The notes beneath the pieces are model-generated. The model did not search any database, had not been told where the DNA came from, and saw only the letters and a program-made list of their open reading frames with translations. Both the position numbers and the translations under genes were made by a program. DNA of 63,286 nt, the filler included, from Octopus bimaculoides (taxonomy: Eukaryota), in assembly GCF_001194135.2 (NCBI RefSeq). It is 7 parts of 7 records of this genome, joined end to end, with 100 filler letters (N's around TTAATTAATTAA, not from the genome) between each part and the next. Parts side by side here need not be neighbours in the genome. Positions count along the whole stretch, not along the records: positions 38,685 to 47,940 come from NC_069004.1; positions 48,041 to 58,292 come from NC_069008.1; 5 more parts are not named here. One strand, given 5' to 3'. Shown here in pieces: positions 39,634 through 53,891 of this stretch; positions within the stretch are counted from its first letter, which is position 1, and each line of letters begins with the position of its first letter.

Positions 39634-40697
39634 CAGCCAAGAATATGAGTACAATATTTATGAATGACTGATGAGATGAATGAATGAATGAATATATGAA
39701 TGAATGAATAAAGATTTAGCTGTAAATATAGAAATAAATTTATGCAGCAGTGTGTGTGTGTGTGTGTGTGTTTAAGTGTAAGCTCTAAATATACAGGATG
39801 CGCATGGGAAAGCTATTAACTAACCTCTTGATAAATATGCGCACGCGCACACATGAATATATATATATATATATATGTGTGTGTGTATATATGAATGTAT
39901 GTATATGTATGCACTATGCATGCACTTGTATATATATATGTACATATATGCATACACACAACACACATGCATGTACGTATTTCGTTTACCCGTTTCACAC
40001 CACATGTAGGTATANNNNNNNNNNNNNNNNNNNNNNNNNNNNNNNNNNNNNNNNNNNNNNNNNNNNNNNNNNNNNNNNNNNNNNNNNNNNNNNNNNNNNN
40101 NNNNNNNNNNNNNNNNNNNNNNNNNNNNNNNNNNNNNNNNNNNNNNNNNNNNNNNNNNNNNNNNNNNNNNNNNNNNNNNNNNNNNNNNNNNNNNNNNNNN
40201 NNNNNNNNNNNNNNNNNNNNNNNNNNNNNNNNNNNNNNNNNNNNNNNNNNNNNNNNNNNNNNNNNNNNNNNNNNNNNNNNNNNNNNNNNNNNNNNNNNNN
40301 NNNNNNNNNNNNNNNNNNNNNNNNNNNNNNNNNNNNNNNNNNNNNNNNNNNNNNNNNNNNNNNNNNNNNNNNNNNNNNNNNNNNNNNNNNNNNNNNNNNN
40401 NNNNNNNNNNNNNNNNNNNNNNNNNNNNNNNNNNNNNNNNNNNNNNNNNNNNNNNNNNNNNNNNNNNNNNNNNNNNNNNNNNNNNNNNNNNNNNNNNNNN
40501 NNNNNNNNNNNNNNNNNNNNNNNNNNNNNNNNNNNNNNNNNNNNNNNNNNNNNNNNNNNNNNNNNNNNNNNNNNNNNNNNNNNNNNNNNNNNNNNNNNNN
40601 NNNNNNNNNNNNNNNNNNNNNNNNNNNNNNNNNNNNNNNNNNNNNNNNNNNNNNNNNNNNNNNNNNNNNNNNNNNNNNNNNNNNNNNNNNAGATAGG

Positions 40698-40732
<35 letters not shown>

Positions 40733-40888
40733 TTGGATGGAGACAAAGACAGACAAGGACAATGGCAGAGAGATAGGCAGACAGACAGACAGACAAGCAA
40801 GCAGAGAGAAGGGGTGGCACAGGTTAGACTATGGTTATAAAAGTTCACTTTACAACTGCAAGGTTTCGAGCTCAAATGAAATGTGCGT

Positions 40889-40943
<55 letters not shown>

Positions 40944-41065
40944 TGCGTACACCATGCGTGTACACACACACACACACACATGTTTGTGGATGTATAGATG
41001 CAGCTTTTATACCATTATGAGTAATAGTGTCAGGTTGCGAAGGGAAACATCACAAGTGGTAGAAG

Positions 41066-41067
41066 TG

Positions 41068-41110
<43 letters not shown>

Positions 41111-41117
41111 CAGTAGC

Positions 41118-41161
<44 letters not shown>

Positions 41162-41168
41162 CAGTAGC

Positions 41169-41215
<47 letters not shown>

Positions 41216-41233
41216 CCGCAGCAGCAGTAGTAA

Positions 41234-41271
<38 letters not shown>

Positions 41272-41314
41272 CTAATAGTAGCAGCAGCAGCAGTAGTAGA
41301 TGTAGTAGTAGTAG
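41066..41314. repeat. (GTA/GCA)n microsatellite
   Basis: Directly visible. Confidence 0.95.
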
Positions 41315-41820
41315 TGCCGTCAGCATTCGAAATCGTTGCAGCAAAATTGCACTCTTATCTAACAGTGCATTTAAACTATATCACGATCAGTAACTACAAC
41401 ATTAAATAGTGCACTGCAATATTGCACCACCAAACTGCATGTGCCAGATGTTATAATAGTGGCATTAATAAATGCTGCAGGTTTCCTAACAGCATCAGCT
41501 GCACATTTTAGTTGCATTCCAAACAGTAACAATGACTGATGGTGCAACATCAATAACTGCAAATTACATCAAGTACAGCAGAAATTGTTACAACAGCTGC
41601 ACTCTTGCAGTTAATGCAGTCTATTGTAACAGCATCAGTCACCAAACCAAAACGGAAGGTCTGTAAGTGGAAGGTCTTTCGAGTCACACACTGGTGTTAT
41701 GAATATCGAAAGGATACGTAAAATAATATAGTTATGGATGCGCCTATTGACGGGATGGTCACGATTGGAATGTACTTAGTTTAAAAACAATTATTACTAC
41801 TACGTCAACGGCAACTGTCA

Positions 41821-42015
41821 GCAGGCGTGGCTGTGTGGTAAGAAGTTTGCTTCCCAACCACACGGTTCTGCGTTCACTCCCAGTGCGTGGCACCTTGCAC
41901 AAGTGTTTTCTATTTTAGCCCTATAGCCTAGGGTCGACCAAAGCCTTGTGAGTGAATTTGGTAGACGGAAACTGAAAGAAGCCTATTGGGTATATATGTA
42001 TATATATATATATAC
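41821..42015 (+). mobile_element. SINE family B, 5' half
   Basis: gcaggcgtggctgtgtggtaag..ccaaagccttgtgagtgaatttggtagacggaaactgaaagaagc. Confidence 0.85.
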
Positions 42016-42068
42016 ACGAATTACTAATTTTTCCGAACCAGTGATCGTCACCTTTGATTTGAAATTTT

Positions 42069-42259
42069 GGCACAAGGTCAGCAATTTCAGAGGAGGGTGT
42101 AAGTCGCTTACATCGACCTTAGTACTCAAATGGTACTTATTTTATCGAATCCCGAGGATGAAAGGCTAAGTTAACCTCGGTGGAATTTGAACGTATAGAT
42201 GGACGAAATGCCGCTAAATATTTTGCCCGAGGCGGTAACGATTCTGCCATGTCGCCATC
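42069..42259 (-). mobile_element. SINE family A, diverged
   Basis: Reverse-complemented head (gattctgccatgtcgcc) and core. Confidence 0.75.
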
Positions 42260-42439
42260 TTGAATTAAACAAATATTAAATTTATTTAAATGATTAAATG
42301 ATATACAAGTACCTGAATATTAATATAAATGATAGAAGTTCTTTAATACTGTACTGTGCAAGGTATCAGTAAATTAGCCTTGCAGTCACAGGAATTTGAA
42401 GTTCCAGTTCGTAAAATGAAAAGGGATAAAAGCACTCTT

Positions 42440-42763
42440 CGGTCATGAATGACAAAGGGATTGCACCTAGAATGATATGCCTTCGAGGCACAAGTCCGAG
42501 TAAGGTTATTTGTGGAAGACCAACAGAAGTCCATGCATACTGGCCTTCTCTCTCCACGCCCCGATGTTACCCAAGGGAAAGGCAAAGGGGCCGATACAGC
42601 TTGGCACCAGTGACGTCGCAACTCATTTCTACAAATGAGTGAACTGGGGCAACGTGAAATAAAGTGTCTTGCTCAAGAACACAACATACAACCCAGTCTG
42701 GGAATCGAATTCACTACTTCATAATTGTGAACCCGATACTCTAACCACTGAGCCATGCACCTT
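42440..42763 (-). mobile_element. SINE family D (tRNA-derived)
   Basis: Minus head aggtgcatggctcagtggttagag..gaattcgattcccagactggg with A/B boxes, then tgtgttcttgagcaagacact. Confidence 0.7.
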
Positions 42764-43711
42764 ACCTCCATGCTCGTAAATACGTGCAGATTATAAGAGT
42801 TTCTGAATTCTCAGTGTCTGGAAAATTGATGTCGTATTTTTATTGCGCAGCAGCGGTAGTAAAATTGGCAGCTGTGCACAACTGTAACACATGCAATATG
42901 TCACAACTGCATTACAAAATATCTGTAATGGAAACAGTACTTGTCGCTAATACAATCAGCTGCAGGTGTCAGTTACAGGAACTGTATCAATAAACGTGTG
43001 GACTTCCATAACACCAATAGATGTGTTATTAAACGTTGCACTTCTCCCCGTCGTGAGCCTTCGGCAGAAATTTGTTGCTGCTGTATAATAACACCATCAG
43101 CTGCACCAGTAAACACTACACTATTTTATAATGAAATCAACTGAAAATATATGTTGCAGCAGCATTTATAACGCCATTAACTACATCAGTAAACACTGCA
43201 CTTTTTCTTAACATCAACTGCAGATATATGTTGCAGCAGGAATAGCAACAACATCGTTTACATCAGAACAGGTTACACTGCTCACTAACACATTTGGGTG
43301 CAGCAGCTGTATGTTGCAGCATCGGCAGTTATACCAGCTGTTATGTACACCCACCTGTTCAGAGAAACAGAGGCTGTGTCTGTACAGAGATCGAACTTCG
43401 TTATATAATCAATTTTGCAATAGTCGGTCATCTTGTATTGCTTTTATAGCAAAGAGTGTGTTATGTGGCACATTCCGCAGATCAATCGAATTATTGGAAG
43501 TTCATTGATCGATTATTTGGTGTTGTATTTTAATGTTAGCAGTGTATTTTATTTTGGCCGATACATAGAACTGGACAAGGGAGCAAACAGAAGCCCCATC
43601 GCCTGGTTTTTAAAAAAATGTTATTGGCTATGAATGAAAGACATTTGACTGTTGTGTTATGCAAGTTGAATTAGAGTTAGAAAAATATTAGAAGGCAGTA
43701 CTATCCTATTT

Positions 43712-43929
43712 CTTATTTCTTTATTGCCCACAAGGGGCTAAACATAGAGAGGACAAACAAGGACAGACAAAGGGATTAAGTCGATTATATCGACCCCAGT
43801 GTTTCACTGGTACTTAATTTATCGACCCCGAAAGGATGAAGGGCAAAGTCGACCTCGACAGAATTTGAATTCAGAACGTAACGGCAGACGAAATACCGCT
43901 AAGCATTTCGCCCGGCGTGCTCACCGCCT
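43712..43929 (-). mobile_element. SINE family A, long-tail subtype
   Basis: Reverse complement of the 18562-18798 type. Confidence 0.85.
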
Positions 43930-43940
43930 TAATAATAATG

Positions 43941-43990
<50 letters not shown>

Positions 43991-45097
43991 NNNNNNNNNN
44001 NNNNNNNNNNNNNNNNNNNNNNNNNNNNNNNNNNNNNNNNNNNNNNNNNNNNNNNNNNNNNNNNNNNNNNNNNNNNNNNNNNNNNNNNNNNNNNNNNNNN
44101 NNNNNNNNNNNNNNNNNNNNNNNNNNNNNNNNNNNNNNNNNNNNNNNNNNNNNNNNNNNNNNNNNNNNNNNNNNNNNNNNNNNNNNNNNNNNNNNNNNNN
44201 NNNNNNNNNNNNNNNNNNNNNNNNNNNNNNNNNNNNNNNNNNNNNNNNNNNNNNNNNNNNNNNNNNNNNNNNNNNNNNNNNNNNNNNNNNNNNNNNNNNN
44301 NNNNNNNNNNNNNNNNNNNNNNNNNNNNNNNNNNNNNNNNNNNNNNNNNNNNNNNNNNNNNNNNNNNNNNNNNNNNNNNNNNNNNNNNNNNNNNNNNNNN
44401 NNNNNNNNNNNNNNNNNNNNNNNNNNNNNNNNNNNNNNNNNNNNNNNNNNNNNNNNNNNNNNNNNNNNNNNNNNNNNNNNNNNNNNNNNNNNNNNNNNNN
44501 NNNNNNNNNNNNNNNNNNNNNNNNNNNNNNNNNNNNNNNNNNNNNNNNNNNNNNNNNNNNNNNNNNNNNNNNNNNNNNNNNNNNNNNNNNNNNNNNNNNN
44601 NNNNNNNNNNNNNNNNNNNNNNNNNNNNNNNNNNNNNNNNNNNNNNNNNNNNNNNNNNNNNNNNNNNNNNNNNNNNNNNNNNNNNNNNNNNNNNNNNNNN
44701 NNNNNNNNNNNNNNNNNNNNNNNNNNNNNNNNNNNNNNNNNNNNNNNNNNNNNNNNNNNNNNNNNNNNNNNNNNNNNNNNNNNNNNNNNNNNNNNNNNNN
44801 NNNNNNNNNNNNNNNNNNNNNNNNNNNNNNNNNNNNNNNNNNNNNNNNNNNNNNNNNNNNNNNNNNNNNNNNNNNNNNNNNNNNNNNNNNNNNNNNNNNN
44901 NAACCAGACGAAACTAGCGCGGACAATCTTTCACTTTCAGTTTCTGTGCTCTATTCACAGGTTATATTTTTAACAGACGATAAATTTATGTGTGTGTTTG
45001 TGTGTAAATGCGAGCATGCGCTTGCACGCGAAGGCACGGAGCCTAGTGGTTAGCGTGTTGTGTATATAATTACATAGTTGTAGTTTCGGCCCCTAGA

Positions 45098-45630
45098 GAG
45101 TACCTTGAAGCAATTCAGCGAAGCTTCATGAAGAAGATCGTCTCTTTGCAACTGGTCAGCTACTGGGAAAGGCTGAAGCAGTTAAGACTCTACTCCCTGG
45201 AGTGAAGGCGGGAGAGGTATGCAGTAATATACATCTGGAAGATGCTGGAAGGGATTGGCATTGAAAGTTATACAAATGCCAGAACGGGTCGCCACTGCAC
45301 AGTGCCAAAGATCCCAGCAATGTCGTCGCGCTTCAGAACCAGTTATTGCAACAGCCTGGGATTCAAGGGCCCATAGCTTTTTTTAATATTCTCCCAAAGA
45401 GCCTGAGGGACCTACACAAAGTGTATGTAGGTGTTTTGAAATCAAAACTGGATCACTTCCTGTTGAGAGTCCCAGATGAAACTACCTCGCGCCAGGAGGG
45501 CACAAATGATGGTAGCGACATCAAACTCCCTTATTCACCAAATGAAACATATCAGAAGAGACTCTCAATAACAGTTCAGCAAAATGGGTGCCCCGACATT
45601 GCCACAGCTTTGAGCTGAAACTGATAAAAT
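45098..45630 (+). mobile_element. CR1-group LINE 3' fragment
   Basis: LEAIQRSFMKKI..SYWERLKQLRLYSLE*RRERYAVIYIWKMLEG; FNILPKSLR..KSKLDHFL..VPDE; then an A/TA tail. Confidence 0.8.
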
Positions 45631-45867
45631 AATATATATATATATATATATATATATTATTCAAAAGAATTTCAACTCTGTTTTTTTATGTTTTATTTAT
45701 ATTCTTATAATATTAATGTAGGATATAGAATATATAGTATATATAGTAAAATGAAATGAAGCATTGATTGTCTTATTGAATAAATGAAATATTGAATATT
45801 AAATATTAAAGGACTAGTATACTTTCTTGCATTTTAGCAATCTTCAAGGTCCCAGGTTGTGACAGGA

Positions 45868-45905
<38 letters not shown>

Positions 45906-46320
45906 GCATACATGCATATAGGCGTATATACATATATATCACGTTTTCGATCAGTTTCGATCTACTAAATTTAATCATCCCAATGCATTCATCCGTCCGG
46001 AGCTATTGTAAGACATTTGTCTAAGGTGCCTGGCAGTGGGACTGAACCCTAAACCATATGGGTTCCAAATGAAACCTACGGGTTCTTCCATCTGTGTATT
46101 TGTTGTGTATGTTTGTGTCAGAGAGGGAGAGAGAGAGAGAAAGAGAGAGAGAGAAAGAGAGAGTGTGTGTGTGTGTGGGGGGGTCTGTACGTGTGTATAT
46201 GTGTACGTATGTATGTATGCGTGAGAGGGTTCACGTGTGCATGCGTGTATGGGCTTGCGGGTGTATGTATGAGTATACGTGAAGACAAATATGTGTGCGT
46301 GTGTACCCGTGTGCATGTTA

Positions 46321-46357
<37 letters not shown>

Positions 46358-46452
46358 TGTGTGTGAGCATGGGTATAGGAGTCTGCATGCGTGTGTGTGA
46401 GAGCGTGTTTATGAACGTGTGTGTATGTGTGTGTGCCAGAGCGTGTTTGTAA

Positions 46453-46484
<32 letters not shown>

Positions 46485-46695
46485 TTACGTACACACCGTT
46501 GCGTGAAGGCTTGCTGTATGTGGATGAGAAAGTGAGCGTTTTTCTGAACATGTCTTTGGGTGTATGTGAGTGTGTGTTTATGTGTAGGTGTGTGTGTGTG
46601 CGCCCGCGCGTGTTTGTTTGTTTTGGCTAACAACCTCTCCACCTCCTATACCAACTGTTTCTTTAGTACAATACCCAATTTTCTATCTCTGAACA

Positions 46696-46733
<38 letters not shown>

Positions 46734-47609
46734 TCCTTTTCTCACTCTTTTTCTCTTTTTCACCTACTCTCTTCCACACACACTCTCTCTCTCTCTCTCT
46801 CTCTCAACTCATTCAATACACTAAGAAACCAACCAGCCACCCTGCTCCTTACACATACAAACACACACACACACACACACACGCAAACTCAACCACACAT
46901 ACACACACACACACATGTCAGTCCTTCGAGCTTTTCAAGATAAATCCTACAGCATACTAAATCGTAACGGATTAGAAGAATGCGTGCGATAGGAGGGCAG
47001 GAGCTCCACACCCCGTCTACCAGACCCACCACTAGTCTGTCTATCTGTCGGTCTAACTCTCTCTCTGTCACTTTCTCTCACCCACTCTCTCTCCCACTCA
47101 CTTTCTCACTCTCTCCATATATATATATCTACCTATCCATTTATCTATCTCTCACTCACTCTCTCTCTCTCTCTCAAAACACACACAAACGAACACAGGT
47201 ACTTATCCGGCCTTTGGGCACTCCCACACCCACACTACCCCTTCACCACTACCACCACCACCACCACAACCACCACCAGAGGCGGGTGTTTGGTGCCAAG
47301 GACAGAACTCTTAACTGAATCTTAGCTCGTTCATTTCGTCTTTTCACAGCAACCACAAACTGGATGTCTCTTTTCACCTCCAACAAAAGAGAATAGTCGC
47401 TGTATTTTCTTCCATAACTGCCATCTCTGAAAAGCGCAGGGTTACATAATAGAGCTGTTATCTAACACCCCGATGCACTCCTAGTTCGAAACCAATTGGT
47501 AAGACTGGCCGTAATGGATATATAATACTGTACGCTTCCATTGATGTACTTACTCAACACTGACAAATATACAAGTGCCTATTTTGTCTGATTTATGGTT
47601 TCTTAGCTG

Positions 47610-47641
<32 letters not shown>

Positions 47642-47789
47642 TGTATGTATGTATGTATGTATGTATATATAGTTTAAAAAGAATCGTTGTATAACGCTAG
47701 AACAATGCAAGAAGGTGCAAAATAAATTAGAAAAGGAAAAGAAAGGAAAAGAAATCATAGTTACAGTTTTACTTTGTGCTTCAATATTT

Positions 47790-47935
47790 CGGGGATACAA
47801 CCCTTTCTTCATGAGATTTGGAAAAGTGAGGGCAATCCCAGGATCATGGAGGCTCTACTTATTAAGAAATTGAGACCGACCGTTAACAACAGAAAGGAAC
47901 TATATGAAGCATACGGGTTACTATAGCAACATAAG
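47790..47935 (+). mobile_element. Possible Penelope GIY-YIG C-terminal fragment
   Basis: RIMEALLIKKLRPTVN resembles the 'E.LLIK...P.LN' motif. Confidence 0.4.
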
Positions 47936-48808
47936 TTTGCNNNNNNNNNNNNNNNNNNNNNNNNNNNNNNNNNNNNNNNNNNNNTTAATTAATTAANNNN
48001 NNNNNNNNNNNNNNNNNNNNNNNNNNNNNNNNNNNNNNNNGACGACATCAACAGCATCGTTCAACTTCCCCGGCGTCAACACGACTCTACGTACACAAGC
48101 TACCAAACAGCCACCGCAGCTTCTCAACCCTGTTTGTGTGATTTTCTCACCACGAAATTAACAGCCAGAACTCAACCTGCGAAGAACATCTGTATCAAGA
48201 ATCCGGCCCGGCATCGAAGCCTCAACTGCACGACAAGTGACTTAGCTCTGCCTCAAGCCTTAACCTCTTATATACAGACTTTTTAACTACTGCGTACCTT
48301 AACAGAACTGATATATTCTTATCCGTGTTACTGACTCTGTTCTATTCTTTGTATCTCTTGCATTCACATACATATATTTGTACACAAACACTATTTTGTT
48401 TACATGACGGCCTGTCTTATATTGTGTTTTATTTTGTCGCATTCACACATACACAGACATACAGTTTAATGCTCCAATAAATCTTACTGTTATTCATCTT
48501 TATCGGTTACGTTTCTATCTGTTCCTTGCTGGCAAACTTCTTAGTTCTCTATGTTATAGTATTATAACATATATCATTATATATTTTGTGTCGACCGTGC
48601 GACGCGTTTAAAAAGGAGCCTGTTTTCCATTCGTCACCATTTCTCCTTTGGTTCGCACGGTCGTTCCTACACACACACACATATATATATATATATATGT
48701 ACATGCACATACACATATACTCACATACATGCACCTAGTTGAAATACAATTGGCCAGGTATTGTTGTGTAGAGCCATAGGAACACAATAAATACCGTTGT
48801 GGAAATTA

Positions 48809-49133
48809 GCTGCGGCCATGCTGGAGCACTACCCTGAAGGATTTTAGTTAAACAAATCGACTCCAGGACTGTAACTGCTAAGTTAGAGGGATGCAAACAC
48901 ACCAACACTAGTTGTCAAGCAGTGGTGGGGGAGGGGACAAACACATTCAAAAACACACACACATATTTATATACAACGGGTTTCTTTTAGTTACTACCTA
49001 CCAAATCCACTCACAAAGATTTGGTTGCCCTGAGGCTATAGTAGAGACACTTGCCCAAGGTGCCACACCGTGGGACTGAACCCAGAACTATGTGGTTGAG
49101 AAGCAAGCTTCTTACCACACAGCCATGCCTGTA
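48809..49133 (-). mobile_element. SINE family B
   Basis: Tail gctgcggccatgctggagcac through head cttaccacacagcc. Confidence 0.85.
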
Positions 49134-49442
49134 CGTATACACACACACACACGCAAGCACACACACACGCACACACGTATTATGCATCAAATGCCTAGAT
49201 GAGAGGTTCTCTCAAGGATAATAAAGCAGTACTCAGTGTTACACTGAGACAGTGATGTTTACTTGGATATACGGATTAGCTTTTGGTATTAATACTGCTT
49301 CTGTTGCAGTACTTTTGGTACTAATAATTATATATATGCCAACAACAGAAATTAAATTTAATACATTAATTAAATTAACCATTCTGTTGTGTCTGGGGAG
49401 AGTCATTTTCTTATTGTGCCTTATAATTTAACACACTCATCG

Positions 49443-50085
49443 TTAAAATTTCCACTTATTTAATTTTAAAGCATGCATCTCATCTGTATCTAGTTGTACT
49501 GCACCATATATTCCAGAGGTGTTTTTGTTGTTGTTGTTGATGGTGGTGGTATTGTCTTCCGGTGTCCTGGCGTCAAAGTCCTCTGCTAGTTTACATTCTG
49601 ACATGACAATCCCGTCGATATTATTTGGGTATCTGTATTGATTCTTACCATTCTGGGCTCGTTGTTGTTGCTGTTTCATCCACTTCAGTTTATTGTTGAA
49701 GTGTTTGTAACAGGCATAGTTAACCCGGTGGTATTCTTGTTGGATGGTTGTCAGGAATTTGTCTCTTTCATATGGAATAGTGGTGGTTTTAAAAAAAATC
49801 AAGATAGCTATCCGACAGCTCCACTTCATTAAAACATGCGTCTCATCCAAACTATACACAAAATCTATCAATTCAGCTGCCAAGCGATTAGGACTCACAG
49901 AACATCAAGAAAGAAAACTAAAACATACAATGTTACAAAACATCAAAAAGAAAATATACACAGAAATCAACCAGTATCAGAAACGAAAGAGAGTCCTACT
50001 GCATGAACTTAAAACCACCATTATTCCATATGAAAGAGACAAATTCCTGACAACTACCCAACAAGAATACCACAGGGTTAACTAT
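49443..50085. mobile_element. Penelope-like N-terminal ORF fragment with internal inversion
   Basis: TT.PYERDKFLTT.QQEYHRVNY is encoded on both strands (76-bp IR, 4 mismatches). The minus continuation ends ..VQLDTDEMHALKL..KF, resembling the PLE 'L...E...L..G.KF' motif. Confidence 0.55.
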
Positions 50086-50099
50086 TACCATCTCAGAGA

Positions 50100-50276
50100 C
50101 ACCACTGGAGAAAGTCAACCCTTTTTTTTACTAAGGAAGTTTTCTTTCAAAAAAGTGCACATCAGAAAAATACGTGGAGAACTGATTAAGAGCAGCTCAC
50201 ACCACGTTTGGTGGACTCATGAAAAGGGTCTTTAAGAACAAAAATCTGAACCACAAAACAAAACTGAATGTCTACC
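50100..50276 (+). mobile_element. RTE-clade LINE fragment
   Basis: LEKVN.F..LGSFLS..AAHTTFGGLMKRVFKNKNLNHKTKLNVY. Confidence 0.7.
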
Positions 50277-52519
50277 NNNNNNNNNNNNNNNNNNNNNNNN
50301 NNNNNNNNNNNNNNNNNNNNNNNNNNNNNNNNNNNNNNNNNNNNNNNNNNNNNNNNNNNNNNNNNNNNNNNNNNNNNNNNNNNNNNNNNNNNNNNNNNNN
50401 NNNNNNNNNNNNNNNNNNNNNNNNNNNNNNNNNNNNNNNNNNNNNNNNNNNNNNNNNNNNNNNNNNNNNNNNNNNNNNNNNNNNNNNNNNNNNNNNNNNN
50501 NNNNNNNNNNNNNNNNNNNNNNNNNNNNNNNNNNNNNNNNNNNNNNNNNNNNNNNNNNNNNNNNNNNNNNNNNNNNNNNNNNNNNNNNNNNNNNNNNNNN
50601 NNNNNNNNNNNNNNNNNNNNNNNNNNNNNNNNNNNNNNNNNNNNNNNNNNNNNNNNNNNNNNNNNNNNNNNNNNNNNNNNNNNNNNNNNNNNNNNNNNNN
50701 NNNNNNNNNNNNNNNNNNNNNNNNNNNNTATATATATATATATATATATATTAGTTTATGTGTATATTAATATTATCTCAGTTTTAAAAAAACCTTTGAC
50801 AATGTAAATATGTTAATAGTTACCATAGGTAGCAAAAATTACACAAAAAACTAGGATATCACAGCCGTTTTATAGGTAGATATATATATAAATAATTAAG
50901 ATTCAGTTGAATAAGGTACTTAAGATGAGGCACCAAGTCAGAGAATGAAAGAATTCTACGCTGCTACTAATGTGGCAGAATAAGCTTAAAGAGAAACCAT
51001 TACAATTTTAGAATGGCAAAAGTGGAAACACGGCGGGGTTCATGAGATTGGTAATTTAGCTACAATTTTTATCTATCCTCTCATTATCAAAAGATCTAAT
51101 GCAGCTAGTATTAAGACACTAGGAGTTGACAGTTAAATTCTAGTTGCTGGTCATAAATTAAATATTGTTAGTTATTCTCCCAAACCCTAATTCTGGATGA
51201 CTATAAATTCTTTTGACCACATAAAAAAAAAAACAGATCTCAAAGGAAGTCATTCAGAGAGTGGTAAATGCCCAGAAAAATAGGTAGGGTAGGGGTAACA
51301 TAAACTCCTATTATTATCAGTTAAAAGGGCCTACAATAGAAAATATAGGTTGATGCTACAATGAGATCAAGATGGGCATTAGGAGTACAGAAGGGGGAAA
51401 AAAATATAATCAAAGTATAGCAAAATCTGTGCATTATTATGTTTAGTATAATAAAAGTAATTTTTTTTTTAAATATAAAATTTAGAAAGGACCAGGTAAG
51501 ATAAGAAGGATAAATAAATAGACCAATTTAATCACTTGAAACGATTACTTATATATAAACGCTTCATAATAATTCATCCCAGCAGAACTTCCAGGCGGTC
51601 ATGATAAACCCATTCAAACAATGAGCCTAACTTACATTCAGAATATAACTGGGAAGGAAGTACACATTGGGAAGGAAGTACCTATTGATTGAAAACAAAG
51701 GCTCAAAGGCAAAAATAATAATAATAATAATAAATAAATGGTTCTATAACAGATAAACTTATTTAGAAATATAAGTATATAAAAAAATTTAATAATTTTG
51801 AAAAGTCTTAAAGTGTAGTAACACCGTGCGCATGCGTAGTCTCACGCACGCGTGGAGTTCAACAACCAAGCTTTCCCGCTTTGATCGATCTCTTTCTTGC
51901 TGGCCAGCGATTGAGCAAGGACGTGTCTAGCTGTCTCTCCATCTTTCGAACTCACGCTAGACAGCTCACATCAATATACCAACGTCCCAACAACCATGTT
52001 CTGACACACCGAAGACGTCTCAACAAACAAGATTAAAGATGTATATTTTCCACCATGAATAAATATTGTTTGTGTTGATACTCTGGAGTTCAGCGTTCCG
52101 TTCATATTATCTAATTTAATATAGGAAAGTCAGGTGTACATCTAATGATGTATAACCCACTTTCCTATAAAAGGATGTAATGATATAAAGAGGTATAACA
52201 GTATAAAAATATGGCATACACGTATACATATATAGTGAATTCAGATACCGTGAGAAAATCCAGTATGCCAGTAGTATTAGTAATAATAATAATAACTCTT
52301 ATAGCTCAACTAGTAATAATACAATTCATTATAACAACCTTGCCAAACACAACAACTCCAAAAACAATATCAAAAACCTAGATAACAGAATCCCAAACCA
52401 TAAGACAAGACTAACCAAACCCAGACACACAAGAATCAACCATGAATTAAAGAAAACTTACTGTAGACAACAAATTAAACAACTACCGCCACAAAATTCA
52501 ATTGACGCTCCAAGCACCC

Positions 52520-53420
52520 AAACAAACAGATCTAAACGAAAATATAAAAACCATGACGTCCTTTGGAATAACCCAATCTGGAACTCCAACATCTCATCTA
52601 ATATCGCGAAACAGTTTTTCACTGCACTGGATCAATACTTCCCTAAAAATGGAGTGTACAGCAAAATATTTAACCGTCACACTATAAAATTATCCTAGAG
52701 CATCATATCCATAGGATTAACAACCGTAAACTGAGACGGAGATTAGTCAGCACTCAAAATAAACTTGACATTAACCATAACACATAAGACCAGCCTAAAG
52801 ACGTTTATAACTCAAATTATACTTCCAATCAACAGAGCAATACTTACAATATCCATGATAACCATCCTAAAAACAACACCAGCAACAATTCAAATAATTA
52901 ACTGAGAACCCCTAGTGATAATAAAACGATAATAGTGACAACCAAACTACTGAAGAGAACCAATCTCTCCAGCGCTCGATCTACACAAACCACCAAAATA
53001 AAAACGTTACGCCCATGCAAAGATAGATCCAATTGCCCTTTGGATATTCAATGTATGACTAAGAAAATCGTATACAAGTGCACTATAAACATTTGAGGAG
53101 GCCCCTGCGTATACATCGGGGTGTCAGCTGATTTTTTCAAAAATCAATACCGCAACCACATCACCAACTTTCGAAATATCCTCAAACGACATGTAACATC
53201 ACTGGCCGATTTTATCTGGCGACTTAAGGAAGCAAAGACAAAATACGACCTTACATACTTAGACACGCAAGTCCCTACAACACTATATTCCGCAAATGCC
53301 AATTATGCTCCGAGGAGCCACTCTCGATAATGTTAACAAAGGAGCGCATTATAAATAAACTCACTGAACAATTACCCAGATGCCTACACGCAGCTAAACA
53401 CAGATTAACGCACTACAATC
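52520..53420 (+). mobile_element. Penelope-like element, linker + GIY-YIG endonuclease (pseudogenised)
   Basis: VLWNNPIWNSNISSNIAKQFF..LDQYFP...SKIFNRHTIKLS; CKDRSNCPLDIQCMTKKIVYKC; YIGVSADFFKNQYRNH..F; SLADFIWRLKE; CQLCSEE..IINK. Confidence 0.85.
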
Positions 53421-53846
53421 CAGACCATATGTATGTATGTGTATATATGCCTATATATATGTGTGTGTGTGTGTTGTGTATACGTGTATACGGGTGTATG
53501 TTTATATGTGTATACACATACATATATGTATCTGTGTATGTGCATGTGTATATGTATGTATGTGCGTGTATATATTTACTAATTTGTATACGCGAGTGTA
53601 TTAACACATGTCCACGTATCAAACTTTGCACAGACGTCTGTATCTCGCTTTACGTACGAATAGACGCACATATTTATCTATGCTATGTGCGTATATTAGC
53701 GTATACATGCACGTGTGTGCCTGTATATATCAGTTCCTATACATATGTGTATGTACGTATTCGTCAATGCGTATGCGTGTGTATCTAGTTGCACGTATAT
53801 ACCCATATACTAAGATATGCGTGTGTGAGCGCGTATGTATAAGTGC

Positions 53847-53891
<45 letters not shown>

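Noticed and set aside
50750-51500. Possible Penelope RT core on the minus strand
   Set aside because: No recognisable catalytic YxDD; similarity is marginal.
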